NCBI GenBank assembly: GCA_027474245.1
Contig: CM049887.1
Coordinates: 20,751,762-20,815,761 of the forward strand
Source of the DNA: Spheniscus humboldti
Lineage: Eukaryota
Direction of reading: 5' to 3'
DNA length: 64,000 nt
Positions 50,587-62,013 of the stretch are shown in pieces. Under the pieces are notes generated by a model. It was not told where the DNA came from. It searched no databases and saw only the letters and a program-made list of their open reading frames with translations. Positions within the stretch are counted from its first letter, which is position 1; each line of letters opens with the position of its first letter. Position numbers and translations under genes: made by a program.

Positions 50587-52650
50587 GTAACTTTTCCAGA
50601 TTGCTAATAAGCCCTGATCTGCACTGTGCTACACCAGTTTTGAAAGTACTCACTAGATAAATTGACAGGATACTTTGCACAGCTAGTCACAGGCTATCAG
50701 TTTAAAAAAATAATGTATTGGAATCTTATGAATAGAGTAACGCTTATGGGGGGAATTCAGTGTTTTGAACAGGAAGACCAGTTGCTGTCCAGATGGTGAC
50801 AGGAGTTTCCATTGCAATCATTGTTGTGATGACATCTTCAGCTGGATCAAATGAGAACCATGGAACTGTTGTTATCATCCAGCTGACCCTAGCAACTACT
50901 CCAGCATATACATAATCAGTTTCTATTGATTATCTTAAACGATATACAAAATACATCTAAGCCATTTTAACTATATGCAAAGACCGTTCTGTGTACCCTT
51001 TCCTTTCCTGCATATGCAGGAACAGTTTCTAGAGACTATTTAGAATTACCAATCTATGTATGGCTTCGTCTGTTCCTACTTCTACAGCACAAACTGCTTG
51101 GGGGAGTTCCCTGGACTGCCTGGATTGTTAGTGCAAGAAGTTAGTCAGCACATCTAAACAGATAACATCTTTCAGTTGGTCTAAGCACAGCTGGCCTGCC
51201 TAGGGGAATCTCCAAGGATCTCTCCCATAGGTCCCCCTCAGCTCCTGTGTTACTTCATTTTTAAGCTGGCTAGGAGTTCAGTCAATTGGGAGTTCAGTTA
51301 CTCTGCTGCAAGCCAGTCCATTGTCTCATCTTTGCAGAAACTAGCTGGGAAATGCTCAGCCTGCCAGGGGGATTGCGAACGAGGTGTGCTGAGTGCCCAC
51401 ACAGATGCAGCGCTTGCACCCAGCAGCAAGGGCTGGCTGCTTCATAAGGGCAGGCAGATGGGGTGGGGGTGGAAGTGAGCAAGGCCAGGGCACTTACACC
51501 ACTGGCAGCGGCTCTAGTCCCATGGTACCCAAATAGGAAGAGCAGAGCAGGTGACAGTGACTGCTGGTGATAGTAGCCAGGGTCAGTCCAGCTTGCCTCC
51601 TCATTAGGGCTTGTCTGGCAGGTCCAAGGTCAAACCGGGAACTTGAGTCCACAGGATCTGTGTCAGAATCAGGGAGGTGGGAGGCTGGATGCAGGCATAT
51701 TGGCAACATAGCTCAGTCGAGAGACCAAAGGCAAGAGCCTAAGCTCAAAGGCATGTCTTGAGCAGGGGCAGGAATCTGCTGAGTCTTCTCACAGCTCTCT
51801 TTCAAGGCTCCACAGCTGCCCTGTCAAAGCTGGCCCTGAGCCCAAGCAGCCAGGCCCTCTGGAGAGGCAAGAGGCAGTCAGAGCTCTGACAGCTACTTCA
51901 CTCTTCTAACTGTAGAGCAAACTCAGATTTCCTCCTTTTATTGTGATTATAATGTATATTCCATAGATTCTGCCAGAGATACCTCTTTCTTTTGGCAAAG
52001 GATATCCAGAAGTCAGTCTTCTGTAAGTTACAAAATATAAAGGGGGAGAGGTAAAGGGAACGAAGCTCCTTACTGTTCTAAAAGAACAAATGTTAATAGT
52101 GCATTTAACCTTGGAAATCTTTTGATAATTAAAACCTTTTGACATTTCTGGTATCAAAAAATTACTAAGTCTCAAAGCTTTCCCATGGCTTAGTGAAGTG
52201 TAGCATTACAATCTTTTCAAAGTTAGATGTCCTTCTTTCTCCTGATCTGAGAAAATTACATGGGTACCTTGTGCTACTGCCCTAGCTGGATAGTGGCCTT
52301 GGGGACAAAATGACAGATTCTAACAAGTAAGAATTGCCTCATAAGCAAAATCAAAATGGTAACCAAGCACAAATACTGGTTTGTGGAGCTGTTACAAGCA
52401 GGCTCCATCCAAAGCTTGATTTGGAGTTGTACAGAAGCACTTTAACACTGTTTTTCATATACCTTGTTCTTCTGAATTGTTTTCATGGGATTCTACAGCT
52501 GTTTGCTCTTGTTCCAAACTGTATCTAACAAGTGGAAATGTTGAGTATTCCATTTCATTGTTACTACACTGTAACTTTATATGTCTGGTTTGCATGTTTC
52601 CTTAATTAAAATGTAACAAGTATTCATAAATTTCTGTCTGTATTTTCTAG

Positions 52651-52811
52651 CTAATCAGAGACATGCTTACTATACGTGAAACAAATATGTCATACCCAAA
52701 CCCATCATCTTTGGCCAAATACTGGGCTCTGAGGTGCAAGATTGAAGCTGTTGACTCAACGAGTTATGAATTTCTCAGTGTTGAACAACAAGTGTTAAAA
52801 AACAATTACAA
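52651..52811 (+). CDS. PARP4: PARP4 coding exon (LIRDMLTIRETNMSYPNPSSLAKYWALRCKIEAVDSTSYEFLSVEQQVLKNNY)
   Basis: Acceptor ttctag at 52649-50 and donor AA|GTGAGT at 52811/12. Matches human LIRDMVNVCETNLSKPNPPSLAKYRALRCKIEHVEQNTEEFLRVRKEVLQNH. Confidence 0.85.
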
Positions 52812-53694
52812 GTGAGTGTTTAATAGTTATGCAATGATTCCAGTAAAATTGTGCACCAAGGTATGGTGCACAAAATCCTCTAAAGAGGACTGAATTAACA
52901 GGTTCTGTTACTGTGCAGCGTTGATTGTGCTAATGGGATTGCAGAGCTGGCATATTTACCATAACCTATACTAGAACAAAATGGAAGTAAATTTTAAAAA
53001 ACCTGAAAATTATAATATTGTCAATAAATATTGAGATAATCTGAATCTTTTGTGTAATTACAAGAAGGACAGGACAAGAATCTTGGTGACAGCTCTGTCC
53101 TGTAGCTACTGTAGGTAAAATGCATAAATCTTGCTGGAGGTGGGATTGCAACCCGAGTTTTCCTCCTCTCAAGTGTATTTGTTAACTGGGAAGTCTTTCT
53201 TAATTGGGAATTACTACCTCCAGATAGCCTGAACTGTGATGCTAAGATATTTGTAGTTCAGCCAAGACAGTGAGGTCTCTGAGTATTCTCAGTAAAATAA
53301 TTTTTAGTACAAGATAAATTTGCTGGCAATAATTTATATACTTACAGATTCTGAGCTGCATAGAGTTAGATGAGGTTTTATATGTCACATCTTTGAATTT
53401 TGATCCCAAAATGTCAAATAAGATAATTTCATATGACTTTAAGCACGAAAACACATTTTCAGTTTCTCCCTAAAAGTCTAAATAGGTCTTGAACTTAGTC
53501 ATTAAGTTTTTTATGTCTCTGGTGATTGTTCTCTTATGCTATTTTTTTCTTTAACAATTGCCACCCAAATTGCTAACAAAAAAAAGAAAAAGTTGAATGT
53601 TACTTTGAGATTTAGAATAAGACGTTATCTTTTAGCAGTGTATTGATCTTAAATGCACTTTCTAAGTCATGAGATCTCAAAGATCATTTCAAAT

Positions 53695-53841
53695 TTCTTG
53701 CAGTGACTGTCCAGTGAGAATTTTACAAGTGTATAGGATTGGCAGAATAACTGAAACAGCAGAATTTCTGAGCAGTCTTGGAAACATTCGATCCTTATTC
53801 CATGCATCGTCTGTGCGCAACTTCATGGGAATTCTTTCCAG
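53695..53841 (+). CDS. PARP4: PARP4 coding exon, start of the PARP catalytic domain (NDCPVRILQVYRIGRITETAEFLSSLGNIRSLFHASSVRNFMGILS)
   Basis: Acceptor cttgcag at 53693-94 and donor AG|GTAAAA at 53841/42. Matches human SPVDVLQIFRVGRVNETTEFLSKLGNVRPLLHGSPVQNIVGILC. Confidence 0.85.
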
Positions 53842-55123
53842 GTAAAAATTTACATTCCCTTTTTTGTGACACTGAATCGGGCTTAACTGTATTCTTAAAT
53901 GTATTTTGACTTTTTTTTTTTTTAATGAAGCTCTTTTGCATTATATTTAACCTGATTTTTACTGTTAACATTTATATGAACATACATATACTTCTACAGA
54001 TCTCTGGAAGGAAAACCAATCTTTTGTAATGATAAATTTAATTATTTTCCAGGTAGATTAGACTTAAGATATCCAAGTTATTTGGATATGATGGTGAGGA
54101 CTGTGGTTTAAATCCAGATGAAAGATGACAAAATGGAGAGAGTAGGAGAGTAATGGCTGTGTGGAAAATTTATTCTGTTTTAGGAAAGAATTGCATTGAC
54201 AATGTCCTCCTTCCACTTCTATACATTATTTCCCCACAACTACTGTATTTGACATATTTTTAGATTATCATAATTTCCTGGAATAACAGAATATCTAGTT
54301 CTATGACTGAATACCATGGATTCACTCAGGCATGGTAATAATGCTAAAATAATATAACTTCTAGTAGCCTGACATATTTAAATCCTCATCATAGCATGTA
54401 TGCAATGAATACCAACCACTGAAAATTTAAGGATATTTTAAAAAAACATATCTGATACATAACACGATCAGAATGAAAGTACCTCAAAAGTCATATTAGC
54501 ATTCTGTTTTCCTTATACTGCAGATTTTAATTGTAAGTTACAAAACTGTTGAACTTATTTAAATATCGTACATTCTTTATATATAAAATGTTTTCTGTGG
54601 GCATCAATCGGTAGTAAATCAAATGTCTCATAAACAGTGTAAGGATGGTATCTCTACACTTAATAGGTTTGCAAACCAAACATTGGAAAAGTTTCCAAGT
54701 ATCCATTCCACAGCATTCTACCTTTAAAACTCATACTTTCTTTTTCTTAGCTACAAAAATTTCATACAGTTTTTTGAAATTGAATACAGCACAGTTGCTA
54801 GAAATGTAGAACTACTCATCTAATAACCAAAAAATTATTTTGAATGTTTGGCAATTAATCTGGAAAACACATTGTTTTTCTGCTAAATGAAGAAAAGCTA
54901 AGTCTTCATTGCTTATGTAATCAGTGTCTTGGTGATTAATATGACTGGGATTTTTTTTTTTATGAATAGACTTTATTTTCCTTGCGTGTCTATGGATGGT
55001 TTCTGTAAAGTGTATTTTGTTTTAATCCTCCGTGGTTCGTAATTGCACCATGTGTATGAGCCTACATGCTATATGCAAAAGTATTTTGTACTTTATTCAT
55101 TGTGTGACCTTCTTTTTCTCTAG

Positions 55124-55222
55124 AGGACTCCTAATGCCAAAAGTGGTTGTTGAAGATCACGGCCTGGAAAGAACTGACGTTGGGAATCTGGGCAGTGGCA
55201 TTTACTTCAGTGATTCTGTTAG
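55124..55222 (+). CDS. PARP4: PARP4 coding exon, PARP catalytic core (RGLLMPKVVVEDHGLERTDVGNLGSGIYFSDSV)
   Basis: Acceptor ctctag at 55122-23 and donor AG|GTCTGA at 55222/23. Matches human RGLLLPKVVEDRGVQRTDVGNLGSGIYFSDSL, the PARP signature G-S-G-I-Y-F. Confidence 0.9.
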
Positions 55223-55428
55223 GTCTGAATAACAACAGTATCTTTGTTCTTTGTGTATTCTTTTTACTTTTCAAATTAAGTAGATATGTTTAATACTTTT
55301 AAAGTAATTTAATTATAAAGTTTATTCCTATCCATCTGTTCAGAAGTACTTGTGTATCCTTAAACTCCTATGATGTTTACATTAACAAAAATTTTAATAA
55401 AATGTCTATGATCTTTCTTTACATATAG

Positions 55429-55612
55429 TGCCAGTATTAAGTATTCTTCACCCAGTGAAATGGATGGAACCCGACTCCTGGCAGTTTGTGACGTGGCGCT
55501 GGGATCCTGCTTAGATTTGTATGAACGAGATTATTTGTTAAGTAATGCACCATCAGGTTATGACAGTGTGCATGGAGTCCGTAAAACAGCAGACATCTCT
55601 TCAGATTTTGAG
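55429..55612 (+). CDS. PARP4: PARP4 coding exon, PARP catalytic (SASIKYSSPSEMDGTRLLAVCDVALGSCLDLYERDYLLSNAPSGYDSVHGVRKTADISSDFE)
   Basis: Acceptor atatag at 55427-28 and donor GAG|GTACTG at 55612/13. Matches human STSIKYSHPGETDGTRLLLICDVALGKCMDLHEKDFSLTEAPPGYDSVHGVSQTASVTTDFE. Confidence 0.9.
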
Positions 55613-56354
55613 GTACTGATCCTGCAGTATGGGGCACTTGAAAAGGCACCAAATTTTGGATTTATTATACCACTGATAGATAACAGAATACATGTAACCT
55701 GCATTTCAGTTCAGACACTAAGTCACTAGACAGTAATGCGTAAAATCACTTTTGTCTGTCTTGTAGCCTGTAAAGTGCGTATAAAACTTCTAAGCCTCTA
55801 AATTGCTATTTGTAAAGAATGCTTGCAAGAAAACAATACTTAAAAGAAAGATGTAAATATTATATGATATCATAACTAAATCATCATATAAATATCTGGT
55901 CTGTGATACTTAAATTGTTATTTGGAAGGAATATTCTACTTTGTATGGAATAAGAAATCATTACTATGGAAGGTTCATTGTTTTGTAAATTAATCCAGCT
56001 GATAAAAATCCATCCTTATAGGTTGGTACTCTAAGGCAGGGATGATAGCTACAGTTGCTCTCTAGATATCCACCAGTTTTTTACTTTTTTTGTTCTTAGT
56101 TATTTTGAGGAATGATTGTGCTTTATGGGGAAGAGGAAATATAAGGAGTGTGGAGAATACAAAGTGAGAAGATAAGAGATGCAAGTGGTAGTGATACAGA
56201 GAGATTAGGAGAGTGAAAATAAAAGCTGTCAGATTCTTACTATTTTTCAGAAATGGTGTGTCATTTAGGTTCACCTCTTAATCAGTTTGCATTGTTTTAG
56301 ATATTATCTACAACTTTGTTTTTATTGTAAAATACCTTTCTTTGTTTCTACCAG

Positions 56355-56512
56355 GATGATGAATTTGTTGTGTATAAAACCTGTCAGGTTAAAATTAGAT
56401 ATGTTGTTAAGTTTTGCCTTGCTGAAGATCAAATAAAAACATTTCAGCCTGCGATTGGGGTGGACCTGGAGCATGATAACAGTGAGCCAAAGTCGCAATG
56501 TCATTTACAGCG
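56355..56512 (+). CDS. PARP4: PARP4 coding exon with an apparent +1 frameshift in a G5 run: DDEFVVYKTCQVKIRYVVKFCLAEDQIKTFQPAIG / VDLEHDNSEPKSQCHLQ
   Basis: Acceptor ctaccag at 56353-54. The first 35 codons are in phase (human DDEFVVYKTNQVKMKYIIKFSMPGDQIKDFHP). After ggggg at 56457-56461 the conserved reading continues only in the +1 frame; in phase it hits TGA at 56475. The phase-consistent donor is CAG C|GTGAAG at 56512/13. Confidence 0.6.
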
Positions 56513-57042
56513 TGAAGTAAGAAATGTTTTCTGTTTATATAGTGACTTGCTTCCAGAATTTCCTAAATACTTCTCAGAACCCTTTTTAGAGTACTTGTAT
56601 GAAGATAACATAATAAAAAATAATTTTTAGTTTATTTGCAGATGTTACCGAACTAGTGATTACCATGTGGCATCTGTGTAGCATCTGTTTAACAGATTTC
56701 CTATAGGCATAATTACCAACAGCAGTTGCAACTCTTCCTGTCACAGTGTGTTTCAAGAGAAGCACAGGAAGCACTTTTGCATAAAACATCAGATGGTCTT
56801 TAAATAATACAAATGCAAGGTTCTAAACAAAGACCTTGTAAGACCTTAAAGAACTATCATGAACTCATGATCCCTTAGACAGATGGCAACACAAGTATTC
56901 ATAACAGAAACTGAGTGTTACTTTTGTGTTGTGAATTGCATAAACAAACGTGGGCCATTGATATAGGATTAGATTCAATCATCTTTCCCAAATGTATATT
57001 TCAAAAAATATCTTTTTAATCTTCCGTAAACTCTTTGTTTAG

Positions 57043-57167
57043 GCTATGCATTACCAAATGCAAATCTTTCGAATCCTGTAAAAACTGGTCTTCAGGACAG
57101 ATTGGGAAATCTTGTCCCTCTGGGAGGTGTTTATATCAAGGCAAGGATAATAGACTTTGTAGCACAG
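57043..57167 (+). CDS. PARP4: PARP4 coding exon (RYALPNANLSNPVKTGLQDRLGNLVPLGGVYIKARIIDFVAQ)
   Basis: Acceptor tttgtttag at 57041-42 and donor CAG|GTAGAG at 57167/68. Matches human YQLPDAKTSSSTKAGLQDASGNLVPLEDVHIKGRIIDTVAQ. Confidence 0.85.
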
Positions 57168-58923
57168 GTAGAGTATGCTATTTATTGTCCTTTTCTGTAA
57201 CTCATCCCTGAAAAATTAATCTATTTATTAAATAGTGTTTTAGTCAAAATGCTGTTTAGTGTTTAGTTAATTGCAAAAAAAAAAAAAAGGCAATTCAATC
57301 TCTAAATGAAGGAAAGTCCTGAAACTGAGTGGAAACAGTTTTTATTCTTAGAGATGTATAGTCAAACAAATGCCAAAAGCTCTTTGGACAGTGAAAGGCT
57401 TGGCTTTATTTTTAAGTCTGTTTTCTGCCTATGTGTAATCAAGTCACCATTGTAGAGAAAGTTTCTGCAGTAGTGTACGCATTCTGTTCCCTTTAAAAGA
57501 CCTTTTTGGCCATCTGTTTGCCAGCTGAATTATAAACCAGTGAGAAATACCTAGGATGATTAAAGGTTTATGGAAATGTATTTGTGTTTTGTTTTTGACT
57601 TTGGTTAGACAACCTAAATTAGCTGTTACAAGTAAAATATCAATCAATGCAAAAAAGATCTTGCTATTCTAACCTGAAAATTAGCTAATAAAAGTTAGCT
57701 AAGCAGGCTAAAATAAGGGCCCACCTTGGTTTTTAGTACATATTGCCCTAAGAACACATTCTGTCAAGTCACAGGTCTTTTCCAATCCTGGGGCATAAGT
57801 CCGCAATCTCCTCCCCCTTCAACTGCATCCTGCCTGAAGCAGTCGATGATGCTAAAGCTATGGTTTTACAGAGTTCTGTCACATGTGTGTCTCTTCACAA
57901 GAGTCTGTATTCAGGGGTTTCCAGTGTAGCTTCATAAAAGTAAATAATGTTTTTTATATGTTGTTGCTAAAGCCTTAAAAAAGAAAGCAGGGGAAAACAG
58001 GAGAGAAAAGGATTTGAAAGAATTGTCTGCAAATGAGCCTGTGCTTAAACTATTCTGACACTCACAACTGTTGTCTGATCAGTCTGATTCCTTTGAACAA
58101 CTGTTCTTCTCATGAGGGATTCATGGGGGGGTTTTTTGTTTGTTTTTCATTTTGGTTTTGTTTCATTTTTGTCTAGTTTCCTATGGAATGAATTGCATCC
58201 AGTGGCATCTGTTCTGTGACCCAGTCCATCAAAGCAGAAAACAGTCTATAAGGCTGAGGTACAGAGCATAAACCAGAAATGATCAGATGGCAAGGGACAA
58301 TAAGAATGGCAGCAAAGGGGAATAAGGAATTGCTAGAGTTTTGACACACGGGAAGTAAACAGAAGAACAGATGTGAGAAGAAAGTCAGATGCAGTCTGCC
58401 ACCTCAGAGACAGAAATTCTGTCATTAGAAGATGGATACCATACATAGAGAAGTAACAGGCTTTTCCAAACATCCCTTTTAGTATATCGTAAAAATAGAC
58501 CGATTTTTTGTGGAGGTTTACTCTTCCTTCTTCTTTAGTCCTTACTGAACTTTAAACTATTATAGACATATTGCAGTGGTGACTTCTTTTTGTAGGCAAT
58601 AGCTTGACAGCTCCAGCTCTGACAGTATATCAGATAACCTTTAGAAGGTCATGGTTTAGTCGTCTTCTGGAAGAGATGTGATTAATGATTTAGAGATTAA
58701 ATGTTCTACAGCTCCTTGCATGTTTCTGGAGATACCTATCTGTTATTGTAACATTCCATTGTAAGGAATGTTATACTTTCATTTCTAAGGTACAAATAGA
58801 AGTTCCAGTTGTGGCATGCCTATTGACGTTTTGTGGTGCAAAGCAGTTATGCTGTTACACTTAAAGTATTGATGTTTTAATCACATTTTAACATTACAGT
58901 TATGCAAAAAATATTCATTTCAG

Positions 58924-59055
58924 GTAGTAATGTTTCAGACCTACACCAATCAAAACAATAAACCAATTGAAGCTAAATATGTCTTTCCTTTGGATGATAA
59001 AGCTGCTGTTTGTGGATTTGAAGCTTTTATCAATGGAAAACATGTCATTGGAGAG
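58924..59055 (+). CDS. PARP4: PARP4 coding exon, VIT domain start (VVMFQTYTNQNNKPIEAKYVFPLDDKAAVCGFEAFINGKHVIGE)
   Basis: Acceptor tcatttcag at 58922-23 and donor GAG|GTAAAA at 59055/56. Matches human VIVFQTYTNKSHVPIEAKYIFPLDDKAAVCGFEAFINGKHIVGE. Confidence 0.9.
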
Positions 59056-59278
59056 GTAAAATGTTATTGTACTTTGCCTTTGATGTAGCTCCTTCAATCT
59101 CAAGATCTGAAAGCACTTAATTAATAATGAAGATGTGAACACTAATTTTGATTTCTTTCATGTCCTTTGTTGTTGCCACTTGACTGGATTTCAAGGTAGT
59201 CATGTTATTTAAGAGAATATTGGTTAAGTTTTCTGTCTATAGAGATGAAATTACTTACTTTGGAACAGTCTTTCATAG

Positions 59279-59304
59279 GTTAAAGAAAAGAAACAAGCAC
59301 AATC
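59279..59304 (+). CDS. PARP4: PARP4 26-nt micro-exon (VKEKKQAQS, last codon split). Its donor GTTGAG lies at the first bases of the CR1 insertion.
   Basis: Acceptor ttcatag at 59277-78. The frame continues human IKEKEEAQQ. The only join that preserves colinearity with human ...AQQEYLEAVTQGHGAYLMSQDAP is 59304|61953 (TC|G = S). Confidence 0.65.
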
Positions 59305-61950
59305 GTTGAGTGTTTCGATTGTATAGAGCTCAACGATTGTGATGATGATACGGTCGAGTGTTTATGGGTAAGGATGAGGGGGAAGGCCAACGAGGCAGAT
59401 ATCCTGCTGGGAGTCTGTTATAGACCACCCAACCAGGAGGAAGGGGCGGATGAAGCGTTCTACAAGCGGCTGGCAGAAGTCTCTCGATCGCTAGCCCTTG
59501 TTCTCGTGGGGGACTTCAACTTCCCAGACATCTGCTGGAAATACAACATGGCAGAGAGGAAGCAGTCTAGGAGGTTCCTGGAGTGTGTGGAAGACAACTT
59601 CCTGACGCAGCTGGTAAGGGAGCCTACCAGGGGAGGTGCCTCGCTTGACCTGCTGTTTACAAACAGAGAAGGACTGGTGGGAGACGTGGTGGTCGGAGGC
59701 CGTCTTGGGCTTAGCGACCATGAAATGGTAGAATTCTCGATTCTCAGTGAAGTAAAGAGGGGGGGCAGCAAAACTGCAACCATGGACTTCCGGAGGGCGG
59801 ACTTTGGCCTGTTCAGGACGCTGGTTGAGAGAGTCCTTTGGGAGACGGTCCTGAAGGGCAAAGGGGTCCAGGAAGGCTGGACGATCTTCAAGAAGGAAGT
59901 CTTAAAGGCGCAGGAGCAGGCTGTCCCTGTATGCCGTAAAAAGAACGGGTGGGGAAGGCGACCGGCCTGGCTGAACGGGGAGCTTTTGCAGGGACTCAGG
60001 AAAAAAAGGAGAGTTTACCGCTTGTGGAAGAAGGGGCAGGCGACCCAAGGAGAGTACAGGGATCTCGTTAGGTCGTGCAGAGAGGAAATGAGAAAGGCAA
60101 AAGCCCAGCTGGAACGCAATCTGGCCGCTGTCGTTAAAGACAACAAAAAAAGTTTTTACAAATATATTAATGACAAGAAGAGAGCCAAGGAGACTCTCCA
60201 TCCTTTATTGGATGCGGGGGGGAACATTGTCACCGAGGATAAGGAAAAGGCTGAGGTACTCAATGCCTTCTTTGCCTCAGTCTTTAACAGCCAGACCGGT
60301 TATCCTCAGGGTACTCGGCCTCCCGAGCTGGAAGACAGGGATGGCAAGCAGGATGAACCCCCCATAATCCAAGAGGAAGCAGTCAACGACCTGCTACGCC
60401 ACCTGGATGCTCACAAGTCTATGGGGCCGGATGGGATCCACCCGAGAGTGCTGAGGGAGCTGGCGGAGGAGCTCGCCAAGCCACTCTCCATCATTTATCA
60501 GCAGTCCTGGTTAACGGGGGAGGTCCCGGACGACTGGAGGCTTGCCAATGTGACGCCCATCTACAAGAAGGGCCGGAAGGAGGATCCGGGGAACTACAGG
60601 CCTGTCAGCTTGACCTCGGTGCCGGGGAAGATTATGGAGCGGTTCATCTTGAGGGCGCTCACAAGGCATGAGCGGGACAACCAGGGGATCAGGCCCAGCC
60701 AGCACGGGTTCACGAGAGGCAGGTCCTGCTTGACCAACCTGATCTCCTTCTATGACCAGGTGACCCGCCTAGTGGATGAGGGAAAGGCTGTGGATGTGGT
60801 CTACCTGGACTTCAGTAAGGCCTTTGACACCGTCTCCCACAGCATTCTCCTGGAGAAGCTGGCGGCTCACGGCTTAGACAGGTGGACTCTGCGCTGGGTC
60901 AAAAACTGGCTGGACGGCCGGGCCCAGAGAGTTGTGGTGAATGGAGTGAAATCCAGTTGGCGGCCGGTCACGAGCGGTGTTCCACAGGGCTCAGTTTTGG
61001 GGCCGGTCTTGTTCAATATCTTTATCAATGATCTGGATGAGGGGATTGAGTGCACCCTCAGCAAGTTTGCAGACGACACCAAGTTGGGCGGGAGTGTTGA
61101 TCTGCTCGAGGGTAGGAAGGCTCTGCAGAGGGACCTGGACAGGCTGGATCGATGGGCCGAGGCCAACTGTATGAGGTTCAACAAGGCCAAGTGCCGGGTC
61201 CTGCACTTTGGCCACAACAACCCCATGCAGCGCTACAGGCTTGGGGAAGAGTGGCTGGAAAGCTGCCTGGCAGAAAAGGACCTGGGGGTGTTGGTCGACA
61301 GCCGGCTGAACATGAGCCGGCAGTGTGCCCAGGCGGCCAAGAAGGCCAATGGCATTCTGGCCTGTATCAGAAACAGTGTGGCCAGCAGGAGTAGGGAAGT
61401 GATCGTGCCCCTGTACTCGGCACTGGTGAGGCCGCACCTCGAATACTGTGTTCAGTTTTGGGCCCCTCACTACAAGAAGGACATCGAGGTGCTGGAGCGT
61501 GTCCAGAGAAGGGCAACGAGGCTGGTGAAGGGTCTAGAGAACAAGTCTTACGAAGAGCGGCTGAGGGAACTGGGGTTGTTTAGTCTGGAGAAAAGGAGGT
61601 TGAGGGGAGACCTCATCGCTCTCTACAACTACCTGAAAGGAGGTTGTAGCGAGGTGGGTGTTGGTCTCTTCTCCCAGGTAACAAGCGATAGGACGAGAGG
61701 CAATGGCCTCAAGTTGCGCCAGGGGAGGTTTAGATTGGACGTGAGGAAAAATTTCTTTACGGAGAGAGTGGTTAAACATTGGAACAGGCTGCCCAGGGTA
61801 GTGGTGGAGTCACCATCCCTGGAGGTATTTAAAAGACGTGTTGATGAGGCGCTTAGGGACATGGTTTAGTGGGCATGGGGTTGTTGGGTTGACGGTTGGA
61901 CTCGATGATCTTAGAGGTCTTTTCCAACCTTAATGATTCTATGATTCTAT
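59305..61950 (+). mobile_element. CR1 LINE, 5'-truncated within the endonuclease domain, 2.65 kb, with an uninterrupted ORF2 remnant. It exactly fills a PARP4 intron.
   Basis: The 5' end ([44 protein letters not shown]...) matches the CR1 endonuclease region and the inner nested copy at 3618-3690. The RT motifs [24 protein letters not shown] and FADDTKL are present. The ORF ends ...[30 protein letters not shown]. The 3' UTR ends ttaatgattctatgattctatag at 61950. Confidence 0.9.
59374..61869 (+). CDS. CR1 ORF2 remnant (C-terminal endonuclease plus complete reverse transcriptase), 831-aa intact ORF
   Basis: A six-frame ORF of 2,496 nt with no stop. The frame is in fact open from 59305. Starts [36 protein letters not shown]...[16 protein letters not shown] (APE-type endonuclease C-terminus), then continues through the RT domain. 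An ORF this long in a CR1 copy implies a recent insertion. Confidence 0.85.
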   Translation: MRGKANEADILLGVCYRPPNQEEGADEAFYKRLAEVSRSLALVLVGDFNFPDICWKYNMAERKQSRRFLECVEDNFLTQLVREPTRGGASLDLLFTNREGLVGDVVVGGRLGLSDHEMVEFSILSEVKRGGSKTATMDFRRADFGLFRTLVERVLWETVLKGKGVQEGWTIFKKEVLKAQEQAVPVCRKKNGWGRRPAWLNGELLQGLRKKRRVYRLWKKGQATQGEYRDLVRSCREEMRKAKAQLERNLAAVVKDNKKSFYKYINDKKRAKETLHPLLDAGGNIVTEDKEKAEVLNAFFASVFNSQTGYPQGTRPPELEDRDGKQDEPPIIQEEAVNDLLRHLDAHKSMGPDGIHPRVLRELAEELAKPLSIIYQQSWLTGEVPDDWRLANVTPIYKKGRKEDPGNYRPVSLTSVPGKIMERFILRALTRHERDNQGIRPSQHGFTRGRSCLTNLISFYDQVTRLVDEGKAVDVVYLDFSKAFDTVSHSILLEKLAAHGLDRWTLRWVKNWLDGRAQRVVVNGVKSSWRPVTSGVPQGSVLGPVLFNIFINDLDEGIECTLSKFADDTKLGGSVDLLEGRKALQRDLDRLDRWAEANCMRFNKAKCRVLHFGHNNPMQRYRLGEEWLESCLAEKDLGVLVDSRLNMSRQCAQAAKKANGILACIRNSVASRSREVIVPLYSALVRPHLEYCVQFWAPHYKKDIEVLERVQRRATRLVKGLENKSYEERLRELGLFSLEKRRLRGDLIALYNYLKGGCSEVGVGLFSQVTSDRTRGNGLKLRQGRFRLDVRKNFFTERVVKHWNRLPRVVVESPSLEVFKRRVDEALRDMV

Positions 61951-61952
61951 AG

Positions 61953-62013
61953 GGAATATCGGAAAGCTATCAGTCAGGGTGATGGAGCTTATCTAATGGA
62001 CCAGGATGCACCG
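61953..62013 (+). CDS. PARP4: PARP4 coding exon, VIT domain (SEYRKAISQGDGAYLMDQDAP), starting immediately after the CR1 3' microsatellite
   Basis: The AG acceptor at 61951-52 is the last two bases of the CR1 tail (gattctatAG). Donor CCG|GTATGT at 62013/14. Matches human QEYLEAVTQGHGAYLMSQDAP. Confidence 0.8.
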
